A stretch of DNA of 63,144 bases, counting the filler. It is 5 parts of 5 records of this genome, joined end to end, with 100 filler letters (N's around TTAATTAATTAA, not from the genome) between each part and the next. Parts side by side here need not be neighbours in the genome. Positions count along the whole stretch, not along the records: positions 15,870 to 25,149 come from SRR22947725_4901; positions 25,250 to 49,114 come from SRR22947725_4919; 3 more parts are not named here. One strand, given 5' to 3'. Made by a program: the position numbers and the translations under genes. The first letter of the stretch is position 1, and the number at the start of each line of letters is the position of its first letter. Below are positions 22,771-31,391 of the stretch, piece after piece. The notes under the pieces are model-generated. The model saw nothing but the letters and a program-made list of their open reading frames with translations, was not told the DNA's origin and ran no database searches.

Positions 22771-24930
22771 ATGATCTCTGCACGCTGTAAAGCGAGGCGG
22801 GCCTCTTGCCGCGGCTCGCCCGAGCGGGAAGGTGCTAACGCGACGGGATTGTTTGCCGTTGTCGCATCGCTCGACGAGGCGAGGAAGCGGGTGGACGGGG
22901 CTGTCGCGCGCGTGCGTCAGTCGATGTGTGACACCGTGGATGTACTTGTCGCGCACACGCACCGTGCGGTGCGCCCCATGGCGATGATGGCGTCCGTTTC
23001 CCTTTCAAACCCTGGCAGTGCAACGGACGGGCAGGGCAACGACAGCAGCAACAACAACAATATCAACAATAACAATAACAACAGCGCCAAGGCGACCATG
23101 CCAGGCCCGAAAAAGGCCGGCGGGCTGTCGGCGTCGCTGGAACTGGACTCAAAGGGAGGGCTCGAGGACCGTGACGAGGAGCGCATCCTAATCAGCGAGG
23201 TGGAGATTGCCGGTGCGGACGGTCCGCTGCAGCAGGCGGCGCTGCGGGCGCTGCGGACCAAGCCGAACTTTGCGTATACTATCGACGAGGTACGCGATGA
23301 CGTCAAGCGGGTGTTCGAGACTGGGTACTTTTCCTCGTGTCGGCCAAAGGCGGAGGATACGCGGGACGGGGTGAGGTTGACGATCGAGGTGACGCCCAAC
23401 CCCGAGCTGCGCGGGACCGTGGTGACGGGCGCGACGCGGCTGCCAGAAAGCGTCATCCAGAGCAGCTTCGACGGGATGCGGGGACAGGTGCTGAACCTCA
23501 ACTCGCTGCGGAATGCTGTGGCATCGCTGAATGCCTGGTATGAGAAGAACGGCGTGTTGGGCCAGGTTGTGGATGTTCAAATGGGCACCGACGACGTTGC
23601 TAGGATTAAGGTCGGGGAGGCGTTGGTGAACCGGGTGTCGCTGCGATATATTGACCCGGAGACGGGAGAGTCTCGGGAGGAGGGCAGGACCAAGCCTGAT
23701 ATCATCATGAGGCAGTTGGCCACGCGGGCAGGCGAGATTCACAGCTTGAAACAGTCGAAAGCGGACGTCGAGGCTGTGTATTCGATGGGTCTTTTCGAGG
23801 ACGTGTCCATCAGGCCGCAGCCGGCGGAAGGCTCGACCGTGGAAAACCCGCTGGTGGACCTCACGCTGGAGGTGAAGGAGCGCAAGAAGAACGGAGGTCT
23901 TGCGGCAGGGGGCGGGATCTCTGCGGCTGGATCGGGAGAGGGTTCTCTTCCGGGGTTCATTGGAACTGTTTCGTACTCGCAGAGGAATCTGTTCGGACTG
24001 GGGCAGAGTCTGTCTGCGGCGGCCGAGGTGGGCAAGGCTGACTCGTCGTTCAGGATCGCTCACTCGGACCCATGGGTCCGTGGTGACGCATTCAGGACGT
24101 CTCGCACGATTGTTGCGCAGAAGACAAAGGCCAGCGTGGCCGCCACGCATGCGCGTGCCGCGGACGACGCGGTGGACGAGTCGTCGCCAGACGTCGAGCG
24201 GGATGGCGTGTTTGTGTCACGCATGCTCAGCAGCATCGAGTACGGCCGACCACTGGGCATTGGGTGGCAGGGAAGCCTCGGTCTCAATTGGCAGCGCGCA
24301 AAGTGCCTGAATGACCACAACGAGAATATCCTGCACGATGTGTATGGTGGGCCTGTGATCATCAACCGGGGCGGCCACGGGTACGACACCCTGGCGCTCA
24401 CTTCCATCCGCGTCGCGTATACGGCCCCAAAGGGAGACACAGATCTTCTCGCATCCGTCGAGCAGGCCCTGCCGCTGCACAAGGACTGGCTCAATTTTAA
24501 TAGGGTCTCGCTGCGGGCGGACAAGGGCCTCGGCCTCGGCCCCCTCAAGCTTTGGGCGTCGGCCAAGGGAGGTGCCATCATAGGCGACCTGCCGCCGTAT
24601 GAATCATTTTCTTTGGGTGGTACGAACAGCGTTCGGGGCTACGCCGAGGGCGGGGTCGGCTCGGCGAGAAATTTTGTCGCGGGCACGGCCGAGATTCGCT
24701 TCCCGATTATGGAGCCCTTTGGCGGCGTCGTGTTCGCCGACTATGGCAGTGACCTTGGAAGTGGCGCAACCATCCCGGGAGATCCGGCAGGGTGCCGGCA
24801 AAAGCCAGGATCTGGCGCGGGAGTGGGGGCCGGTTTCCGTTGCACCACCCCGCTGGGCGCGCTGCGGCTCGAGTGGGCCATCAACGAGTTCAAACAAAGG
24901 CGGTTCCATCTCGGCATAGGGAATCATTGA
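22771..24930 (+). CDS. OEP80: Plastid Omp85-family outer envelope protein OEP80/Toc75-V (start uncertain)
   Basis: POTRA repeats (VFETGYF, VYSMGLFEDV), QRNLFGLGQ, GGTNSVRGY, TPLGALRLEWA. Confidence 0.88.
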   Translation: MISARCKARRASCRGSPEREGANATGLFAVVASLDEARKRVDGAVARVRQSMCDTVDVLVAHTHRAVRPMAMMASVSLSNPGSATDGQGNDSSNNNNINNNNNNSAKATMPGPKKAGGLSASLELDSKGGLEDRDEERILISEVEIAGADGPLQQAALRALRTKPNFAYTIDEVRDDVKRVFETGYFSSCRPKAEDTRDGVRLTIEVTPNPELRGTVVTGATRLPESVIQSSFDGMRGQVLNLNSLRNAVASLNAWYEKNGVLGQVVDVQMGTDDVARIKVGEALVNRVSLRYIDPETGESREEGRTKPDIIMRQLATRAGEIHSLKQSKADVEAVYSMGLFEDVSIRPQPAEGSTVENPLVDLTLEVKERKKNGGLAAGGGISAAGSGEGSLPGFIGTVSYSQRNLFGLGQSLSAAAEVGKADSSFRIAHSDPWVRGDAFRTSRTIVAQKTKASVAATHARAADDAVDESSPDVERDGVFVSRMLSSIEYGRPLGIGWQGSLGLNWQRAKCLNDHNENILHDVYGGPVIINRGGHGYDTLALTSIRVAYTAPKGDTDLLASVEQALPLHKDWLNFNRVSLRADKGLGLGPLKLWASAKGGAIIGDLPPYESFSLGGTNSVRGYAEGGVGSARNFVAGTAEIRFPIMEPFGGVVFADYGSDLGSGATIPGDPAGCRQKPGSGAGVGAGFRCTTPLGALRLEWAINEFKQRRFHLGIGNH

Positions 24931-25149
24931 TGTGTACTCCGCGTTCTGAGATTGTAGTACAGTGCCGTATATACATATTGTACATCATGAACACCACTAT
25001 CGTGTTGGCGTCGGGACCTTCTCAGACGTGACCTCTCCATGATCCGGCGCCGCGCGCTGCTCGGCACTCTTCTGTTTCCTTCGTGCGCCACAATCTCCAC
25101 CCTCTGCGCTGTTACTGCTGGTTCCGGGAACTCCACTCGCTTCCTCCCC

Positions 25150-25249
25150 NNNNNNNNNNNNNNNNNNNNNNNNNNNNNNNNNNNNNNNNNNNNTTAATTA
25201 ATTAANNNNNNNNNNNNNNNNNNNNNNNNNNNNNNNNNNNNNNNNNNNN
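25150..25249. other. Artificial contig spacer
   Basis: N run with TTAATTAATTAA. Confidence 0.98.
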
Positions 25250-25697
25250 TGTTACCCGCGCGAATAGTTTGATCATAAGTGCCATCGAGCAGATTAACTT
25301 TATTGTATTGGGTATTACTCGTTATTTTATTTATTTCAGCCAGAAGAGCCCTAACTTCCATTTGAGCGTTGCTTCGATCCTGGGCAGTATAAATGCCGTT
25401 TTGCATCTGTACTGCAAGTTCTCGCATTCTGCGAATTAATTTACTTATCTCACCAAGAGCTCCGTCTGCTGTTTGAGCCACCGAAATTCCATCTTGAGAG
25501 TTCCTAACTGCCATCTTGATCCCGCCAAGTTGGCTCTGCATTTTATTTGCAACTGCCAATCCAGCGGCATCGTCCGCGGCATTGTTAATGCGCTTGCCTG
25601 ACGATAGGCGTTCCATTGCAGTTTGCATTCTTTCGGCAGCAAGTGTCGCGTAGGTTCGCGCAAGAAGCGCACCCACATTCGTATTAATCATCGTCAT
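25250..25697 (-). CDS. fliC: Flagellin, N-terminal part (truncated by contig end)
   Basis: MTMINTN, RLSSGKRINNAADDAAGLA, RMRELAVQ. Confidence 0.95.
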
Positions 25698-25751
25698 ATC
25701 ATAGCTCCTCAGCTTTTTTCACGACTTAAATGATATGATCCTCGATGTTTC

Positions 25752-25779
25752 CTAACGACACAGATTTAGATTTATTTAG
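25752..25779 (-). promoter_or_regulatory. Sigma28-like promoter
   Basis: CTAAA-N15-GTCGTTAG upstream of the flagellin. Confidence 0.7.
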
Positions 25780-25846
25780 AAAAAAAGTTCAATTTTCGGA
25801 AAAAAATTTTCAATACCGATGTTCATCAAAAAAATGTTATCGTTTA

Positions 25847-27382
25847 TCAGGCTATTAACTCCAGTACAGTGTTTTTCGACGCATTTGCTTGAGCTAGCAT
25901 TGCCATAGAGGCTTGCGCTAGAATTTGTTGTTTTGCCAGCTTTGATGTCTCTACCGTGTATTCAGTGTCTTTTATTCTCGAGCGAGCCTGACGCATGTCC
26001 AACCCCATCATCGAATACCCCTCGATTGCACTGGAATACCGATTAATTAAAGCACCGAGCTCAGCACGTATTTTTGAAGTTTGCTCCATCGAGTAATTCA
26101 ACACATCACTAGCATTTTTAGCCTCCGCTACACTCAAAACTGAAATTTGGGAAACTAGGTGCTGTTGTTCAGCAGGAAGCCGGACGCGGTCGATGGCGAT
26201 ATTATCAATGAACAAGCTCGCGCCAGAAACACCACCTGTCGAATAATCATGCGAACCTGCTATGAAAACAAATTTATAAGTTCCTTCAGTGGTAACTATA
26301 GTTGTGGCTGTGGTCACAGCACTTAAGCTGCCATCAGCTGTCGCTTCTTCGGACTCATCTAAAAGAGTAATCGTGTTTCCATTGCTCTCATCTAATAAAT
26401 ACGCAAACACGTCATAAGCGTCTTTTCCTCCGCCAGCCTGCCAATCAAAAGAGATTTTATCACCAATATTAAATTGCTTTGACGACTCCGAAACAATGTA
26501 AGGCCCGTGAATGATGTCACCACCCCCGGATGGCACTTTCTGCTGTACGTCTGTTGTTCCATCGTTAGAGATCTGAACATTTCCAAACCCAAGTCCTGAA
26601 AAAAGCCTGAGTTTTCCATCTTCAAGTTTCCAGTTATAAGTGCCTTGGATAATTGACCCATCGTCCCCACTACTCGCAGATCCATCATTATTAGTCGCGT
26701 TTGTTGTATCTATAGGAGCATTGTAACCATTAACTAAAGTCGCACCCAACACACCACTCTGCCCAAGTCTTATTTGTTCTTTATAAATTTTCCAGCCATT
26801 AATCGTATCGACATTACCCACTGAGGAAGATACCGTTCCATCATCAAAATCACCATTATCAAATAGCTCTGGCCCGCCCCAGGTTCGGCCTACGGTGCTT
26901 GTACTAAAGGCATCAATTGAAACTGGAAGAACACCTGAACTGCCGCTACCCGAGACAGCAAAAGTACCATCTAACAAAGGAACGCCTGAGTATCTGGTAT
27001 TCACTGCAATCCTGTCAATTTCAGCGACTAAAGCATAAAGCTCTAATTCCATAGAGTCTCTATCTTGCTGCTCATATGTGCCGCTAGCTGATTGAACTGC
27101 AAGATCAGCAAGCTTTTGTTGTACGTTTGTTATTTGATCAAGGGCAGATTCTGCAGTCAGAAGTAAATTTATTGTATCAACGCTATTCCTGACGTTCATA
27201 CCATAATCTTTTATGCTGGCAGTCATTTTGTTTATGACAGCCAAGCCGGCAGCATCATCAGACGCACTATTTATACGTAGCCCAGAAGACAATCTTTCCA
27301 TGGGTACGAGCATATTTTGGTTAGCTTTTAAACTGTAAGTTCTTGCCAATAATGCGGCGGAGTTTGTGTTAATTGCAGTCAC
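25847..27382 (-). CDS. fliC: Flagellin with jelly-roll/carbohydrate-binding-like central insert (GTG start 27382 or TTG 27388)
   Basis: Flagellin N and C domains; insert LFDNGDF...GW...FDWQA...GTYKFVF...LFIDNI. Confidence 0.92.
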   Translation of the reverse strand: MTAINTNSAALLARTYSLKANQNMLVPMERLSSGLRINSASDDAAGLAVINKMTASIKDYGMNVRNSVDTINLLLTAESALDQITNVQQKLADLAVQSASGTYEQQDRDSMELELYALVAEIDRIAVNTRYSGVPLLDGTFAVSGSGSSGVLPVSIDAFSTSTVGRTWGGPELFDNGDFDDGTVSSSVGNVDTINGWKIYKEQIRLGQSGVLGATLVNGYNAPIDTTNATNNDGSASSGDDGSIIQGTYNWKLEDGKLRLFSGLGFGNVQISNDGTTDVQQKVPSGGGDIIHGPYIVSESSKQFNIGDKISFDWQAGGGKDAYDVFAYLLDESNGNTITLLDESEEATADGSLSAVTTATTIVTTEGTYKFVFIAGSHDYSTGGVSGASLFIDNIAIDRVRLPAEQQHLVSQISVLSVAEAKNASDVLNYSMEQTSKIRAELGALINRYSSAIEGYSMMGLDMRQARSRIKDTEYTVETSKLAKQQILAQASMAMLAQANASKNTVLELIA

Positions 27383-27384
27383 CT

Positions 27385-27516
27385 TCAACTGGCCTGATTC
27401 AAAATAGGCCAGTTTTTAGAGGTCAATTGCTCGATTGATGTCTGCATTCTCGCGGCGTTGAATGCTGCGCAGGTTCGCAACAGACGTGCACCCACATTCC
27501 TATAAATCATAGTCAT
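27385..27516 (-). pseudogene. Degenerate flagellin N-terminal ORF (43 aa) positioned as a leader ORF
   Basis: MTMIYRNVGARLLRTCAAFNAARMQTSIEQLTS vs MTMINTNVGALLARTYATLAAERMQTAMERLSS; has its own GAGGAG SD. Confidence 0.8.
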
Positions 27517-27567
27517 CCCACAGCTCCTCAGCTTTCACGACTGCAATGATATGATCCTCGAAGGTCC

Positions 27568-27594
27568 CTAACGACACAGCTTTAGATTTATTTA
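27568..27594 (-). promoter_or_regulatory. Sigma28-like promoter, near-identical to the 25752-25779 copy
   Basis: TAAA-N15-GTCGTTAG. Confidence 0.7.
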
Positions 27595-27616
27595 AAAAAA
27601 ATATTAAATTTAAGAC

Positions 27617-27643
27617 AAAAAAAAACGCCTACTGGCGATTTTT
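27617..27643 (-). terminator. Intrinsic terminator closing the protease-flagellin operon
   Basis: CGCC-agta-GGCG stem followed by a T9 run on the minus strand. Confidence 0.6.
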
Positions 27644-27671
27644 AATTAATAAGTTTGTCCACAAAGTGTTG

Positions 27672-28199
27672 TTATTTGACTAGTTGGGTTGCCCTAATCA
27701 GATTTGCAAAGTGATTTAGCGCTTCATCTTTGCTTTGTTTTTTTAATGCTGAAAAACGAAGGACCGACCAACATGACCCAGCCCTTATTGACGCAGATGC
27801 CTCAACATTTACCGAGCCCTCTGTTTCATGAATTATATAGCTCAAGAAAGCTAACCTACCGTCCAACTGAGGTAATCGTGACTGATTCAAAACTTTAACC
27901 TGTGGGTTAGAAGTTTTGTGTGCCGCGGACACAGTTGATATCATACTTTGCGCTGTTTGTTGCAAAAGGCCCTTTTTGTTAAACAACACCTCTGGGGCGA
28001 ACATAATGGTTGAGTATGACATGTGATCACCAGAATAAACTTTTTGGACATACGTATTCTTCGAACCCAACGACCCTCTCTCAACAAATCCCGAAACATT
28101 ATTGAATTTCAGAATTGCCTCACAAGCAAAAGCCATTGGGGACATCAAGCACCAATAAAAAACAAGTAGCGCTGCCGGCCAATGTCTATAAATATACAT
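27672..28199 (-). CDS. Secreted/periplasmic hypothetical protein coupled to the protease-flagellin
   Basis: TGATG stop/start overlap; signal-peptide-like MYIYRHWPAALLVFYWCLMSPMAFA|C. Confidence 0.75.
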   Translation of the reverse strand: MYIYRHWPAALLVFYWCLMSPMAFACEAILKFNNVSGFVERGSLGSKNTYVQKVYSGDHMSYSTIMFAPEVLFNKKGLLQQTAQSMISTVSAAHKTSNPQVKVLNQSRLPQLDGRLAFLSYIIHETEGSVNVEASASIRAGSCWSVLRFSALKKQSKDEALNHFANLIRATQLVK

Positions 28200-31100
28200 C
28201 ACGAGTCTAACAGCATTAATACAGTTTGTTGCCTTTGTGTGGCCATGTTAATTGCCTGCTGTGCAGCCTGAGATAGAATTTGCTCTTGAGCTAATTTTGT
28301 AGACTCAATTGCCATATCTGTATCGACAACCCGTCCCCGAGCTTGCTGAGTCATCATCGAGGCCTGTGTTTGATTGTCAAGATTGTGACTAAGGCGGTTA
28401 CTTACAGCACCGAGCTGGGCACGCCCTGTTGCGATTTGCTCTAGAGACCGATTTAAAACTGTGATGGCGGCTTGGGCCTCAGCTTGGGTTTTTACACCAA
28501 TGTCTTTCAGTTTCATATTGTTTTCGTTTAAAGCACTTTCACCGTTTGCTACGCCACCAGTTTTGCCGCCCGTTTCAGTGCCAGACAGAGTGGGATCCGC
28601 AGCTCCAGAAGCGAACGTCGAAGTAGCAACAGTATAAATTCCATCACTAAATTTTAAAAACTCAATATTTGTAAGCGTATCAAGGCCCTCGTCTGCTGAA
28701 CCACCGGTATGAGACACTGTTACAGTACCGCTCGCGTTCGAGACAGCATAGTTTGTATAGGCCTCATCATATATCGCCATGTCAACGCCACCGCTACCGT
28801 CGATCGTATCATTGCCACCATTTCCGGTTAATTCATTACCTTTGTTGTTACCGGTGATAATGTCATTACCCCCTCCACCTTTTGCATTTTCAATCCACGT
28901 ATTATGGGCAATGCCAAGGTTTTCTTGACCTCGGTATAGAGCAGTTCTCGTAAAATCTGGGTAATATGAGTTACCAGCAGAGGCCTGCGCATCTTGCGTA
29001 GCAAGCAAAGAGTTAAAAGAGGCTATTTTAGCGGCATCACCTCCCGCGACAGCACTAATCTTATCCGCATCAGTCGTGTAAGTATTGATGGACGAGTAAG
29101 TTCCGGGAGTGAGATCAATAATACTGTGCCGACCATATGCATCAGCAGTCACTGAAGATGCATCTATGGTATCACCTCCCCCAGCATCAGCACTATCTGA
29201 AATTACACGAATTTGTTCATAATTGTTATCAAAGATTTCCTCGGTACCACCCTCACCTGCTCCATAAATCGTGTCGCCAGTACGCGATTCCCAGCCAGTA
29301 TTTCCGTAAATATGTTCGATGGCTTCAATATCAAGAAGGCCCGGGGTAGTGATATGAACTTTATCACCGATAGCAGCGTTTCCACCGCCATCTAACTTGA
29401 TTTTTACATTGCGGTCAGTTTGAGTGTACGTCATTACGGTGTTGCGTTGACGATCCAAATTCAAATCCATTGTACTATCGTCTACGCTTCCCCCGTCAAA
29501 AGGATGGCTCAAACCAAGTGCATGACCAATCTCATGAAGCGCGGTCAAATAGCTATACTCGCCTTTAACAAAATCAATGCCGGCCCCATTCATTTGCGTA
29601 GTGCCATAATACACATCACCACCCTTGGCTGTTGAATTCGGGCCATAAGCATAGGCCGCAGATCCGGAGGGAACAGCATCAGAGAACGCAATCCTTATGT
29701 CACCAATGTTGGTCGCCCCGGACCCATCTTCAACTACCTTACTTAGTGTGAAGGGAGCAGCATCATCCCAAGCCACCATGACCTTATCATGCACAGCTAT
29801 ATTACCAGCATCGGCAGCTGTCATACTAGTTCGAGTGCCTTCTGTGTAGCTGTAAGTTGTCGTATCGTCAGTGCCATCCCAATAAGAATATGACAAATTA
29901 CCGTTGGCATCATCAGCTGCGCCCCCATGAGGAGTGGCATCGCTACCGACGTTGGTCCATTCTCTACCCATGATTAGTGAAGAAAACCCTCCACTGCCAG
30001 CCGCAGGAATATTAAGACCTGAACCACTTGTGTCTTTATCTGTAATTATTGCATTACGAATTTCACCATCTGAAGTTACAACCCCGCCACTTACAGCTAC
30101 CGATCCGGATGATCCAGATGATCCAGATGATCCAGATGATCCATCATTTGCTTGAGCCAAGCAATGGGCACAAGTTCTTGGGTTATGCAAATTTTTTGCA
30201 ATCTCGAGCATCTCGACTTCGATTGCCGCAATTTGGCCTGAAACAGATTGCCTAGTTCCAGTATCTGAATACACATTTACAATTTCTGCAAACTTATCGT
30301 TGGTAAGATTGCCTGAGCTGTGGGACTTAAACTCAATCTCATCCGCGTGAAAAAGTGACCCAATATATTGGGACCTTTCCTTTTCTAATGCTTCAACACG
30401 ATCGCTGATTTGCCCCCGTCGGGTGGTTTCCAGAGCATCTAGACTAGCAGCCTCTTCATAAAGTGTTTTGGTTTTTTCTAAGTTAGCCGAAACTTGTGAC
30501 CACTGATCATCCGTAACTGTTACGGTGGCGTATTGATACCCAACCGATTGAAGCTTGTCTTTAAGAAGCAAAACATTTCCGCCATGATCCTGTTTGAAAA
30601 TGTCACTGCTAACTAGATCTGATAACATGGCCTCACTATCGGTAGATGCCAAAGAACTATAAGAGGTGGCGCTGATCCCAAATTGAGCGGCTAACGAATT
30701 TGCAAAATTAGTGTTAAAATCGGCAGCTGTAGTTGCTATCGGCCCGTCATAATCTCTGCGAACAATCGAACTACTTGCGCCTGTATCTTTAACAAACATG
30801 CTGTTGAGGCTTATTCTAGTGGTCTCAGCATTGGTGTTACCAGACCGAATAGTTTGATCATAAGATCCATCTAAAAGGGCGACATCATTAAATCTTGTAT
30901 TGGCTGCAATTTTATCTATCTCTGCAAGAAGCGCATTTATCTCTAGCTGTGCATTATCACGGTCAGTAGAAGTGTAAACACCGTTGTCCATTTGAACTGC
31001 TAGCTCACGCATCCGTAAAATCATGTTAGAAATTTGGCTCATACCACTTTCAGCGGTCTGAACAAGCGATATGCCATCCTTAGAGTTGCGCATTGCCATC

Positions 31101-31282
31101 TTAATACCGCGGCTTTGACTTTCCATTTTATTGGCAACAGCCAGCCCGGCTGCATCATCAGCAGCGCTGTTGATGCGCTGGCCAGAAGACAGTCGCTCCA
31201 TCGACCGCGTCATTGTGTTGTTTGCCCGCGCAGCGTAAGTGCGAGCCATCAACGCTCCAACATTTGTATTTATGACAGTCAA
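28199..31282 (-). CDS. fliC: Giant flagellin (1027 aa) with an inserted serralysin-like M10 metalloprotease and RTX beta-roll
   Basis: Flagellin termini; HEIGHALGLSH (aa 583-593, nt 29504-29536), TVMTY Met-turn, PGLLDIEAIEHIYG, IENAKGGGGND/GNGGND repeats; TTG start. Confidence 0.93.
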   Translation of the reverse strand: MTVINTNVGALMARTYAARANNTMTRSMERLSSGQRINSAADDAAGLAVANKMESQSRGIKMAMRNSKDGISLVQTAESGMSQISNMILRMRELAVQMDNGVYTSTDRDNAQLEINALLAEIDKIAANTRFNDVALLDGSYDQTIRSGNTNAETTRISLNSMFVKDTGASSSIVRRDYDGPIATTAADFNTNFANSLAAQFGISATSYSSLASTDSEAMLSDLVSSDIFKQDHGGNVLLLKDKLQSVGYQYATVTVTDDQWSQVSANLEKTKTLYEEAASLDALETTRRGQISDRVEALEKERSQYIGSLFHADEIEFKSHSSGNLTNDKFAEIVNVYSDTGTRQSVSGQIAAIEVEMLEIAKNLHNPRTCAHCLAQANDGSSGSSGSSGSSGSVAVSGGVVTSDGEIRNAIITDKDTSGSGLNIPAAGSGGFSSLIMGREWTNVGSDATPHGGAADDANGNLSYSYWDGTDDTTTYSYTEGTRTSMTAADAGNIAVHDKVMVAWDDAAPFTLSKVVEDGSGATNIGDIRIAFSDAVPSGSAAYAYGPNSTAKGGDVYYGTTQMNGAGIDFVKGEYSYLTALHEIGHALGLSHPFDGGSVDDSTMDLNLDRQRNTVMTYTQTDRNVKIKLDGGGNAAIGDKVHITTPGLLDIEAIEHIYGNTGWESRTGDTIYGAGEGGTEEIFDNNYEQIRVISDSADAGGGDTIDASSVTADAYGRHSIIDLTPGTYSSINTYTTDADKISAVAGGDAAKIASFNSLLATQDAQASAGNSYYPDFTRTALYRGQENLGIAHNTWIENAKGGGGNDIITGNNKGNELTGNGGNDTIDGSGGVDMAIYDEAYTNYAVSNASGTVTVSHTGGSADEGLDTLTNIEFLKFSDGIYTVATSTFASGAADPTLSGTETGGKTGGVANGESALNENNMKLKDIGVKTQAEAQAAITVLNRSLEQIATGRAQLGAVSNRLSHNLDNQTQASMMTQQARGRVVDTDMAIESTKLAQEQILSQAAQQAINMATQRQQTVLMLLDS
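30102..30143 (-). repeat. 9-bp tandem repeat encoding a (GSS)n linker
   Basis: About 4.5 copies of GATCCAGAT on the plus strand. Confidence 0.9.
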
Positions 31283-31347
31283 AATTCACCACCGCTAATT
31301 GATTGTGCAAACATGAGTCTGCTTTTTTTATTTAGCCTCACACGTCA

Positions 31348-31375
31348 GTAACGACTGGTCACAAAAAAAAAATAG
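31348..31375 (-). promoter_or_regulatory. Sigma28-like promoter with a T10 tract
   Basis: CTA-T10-GTGACCA-GTCGTTAC; same CTA-to-GTCGTT distance as the 25752-25779 promoter. Confidence 0.55.
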
Positions 31376-31391
31376 CTACAAAGTTTAATTT

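Noticed and set aside
24997-25149. Possible 3' end of a minus-strand algal gene
   Set aside because: Only about 50 low-complexity codons at the contig edge, too little to support a call.
30158-30172. CAHC as a heme c attachment site
   Set aside because: The motif is CxxCL, not CxxCH.
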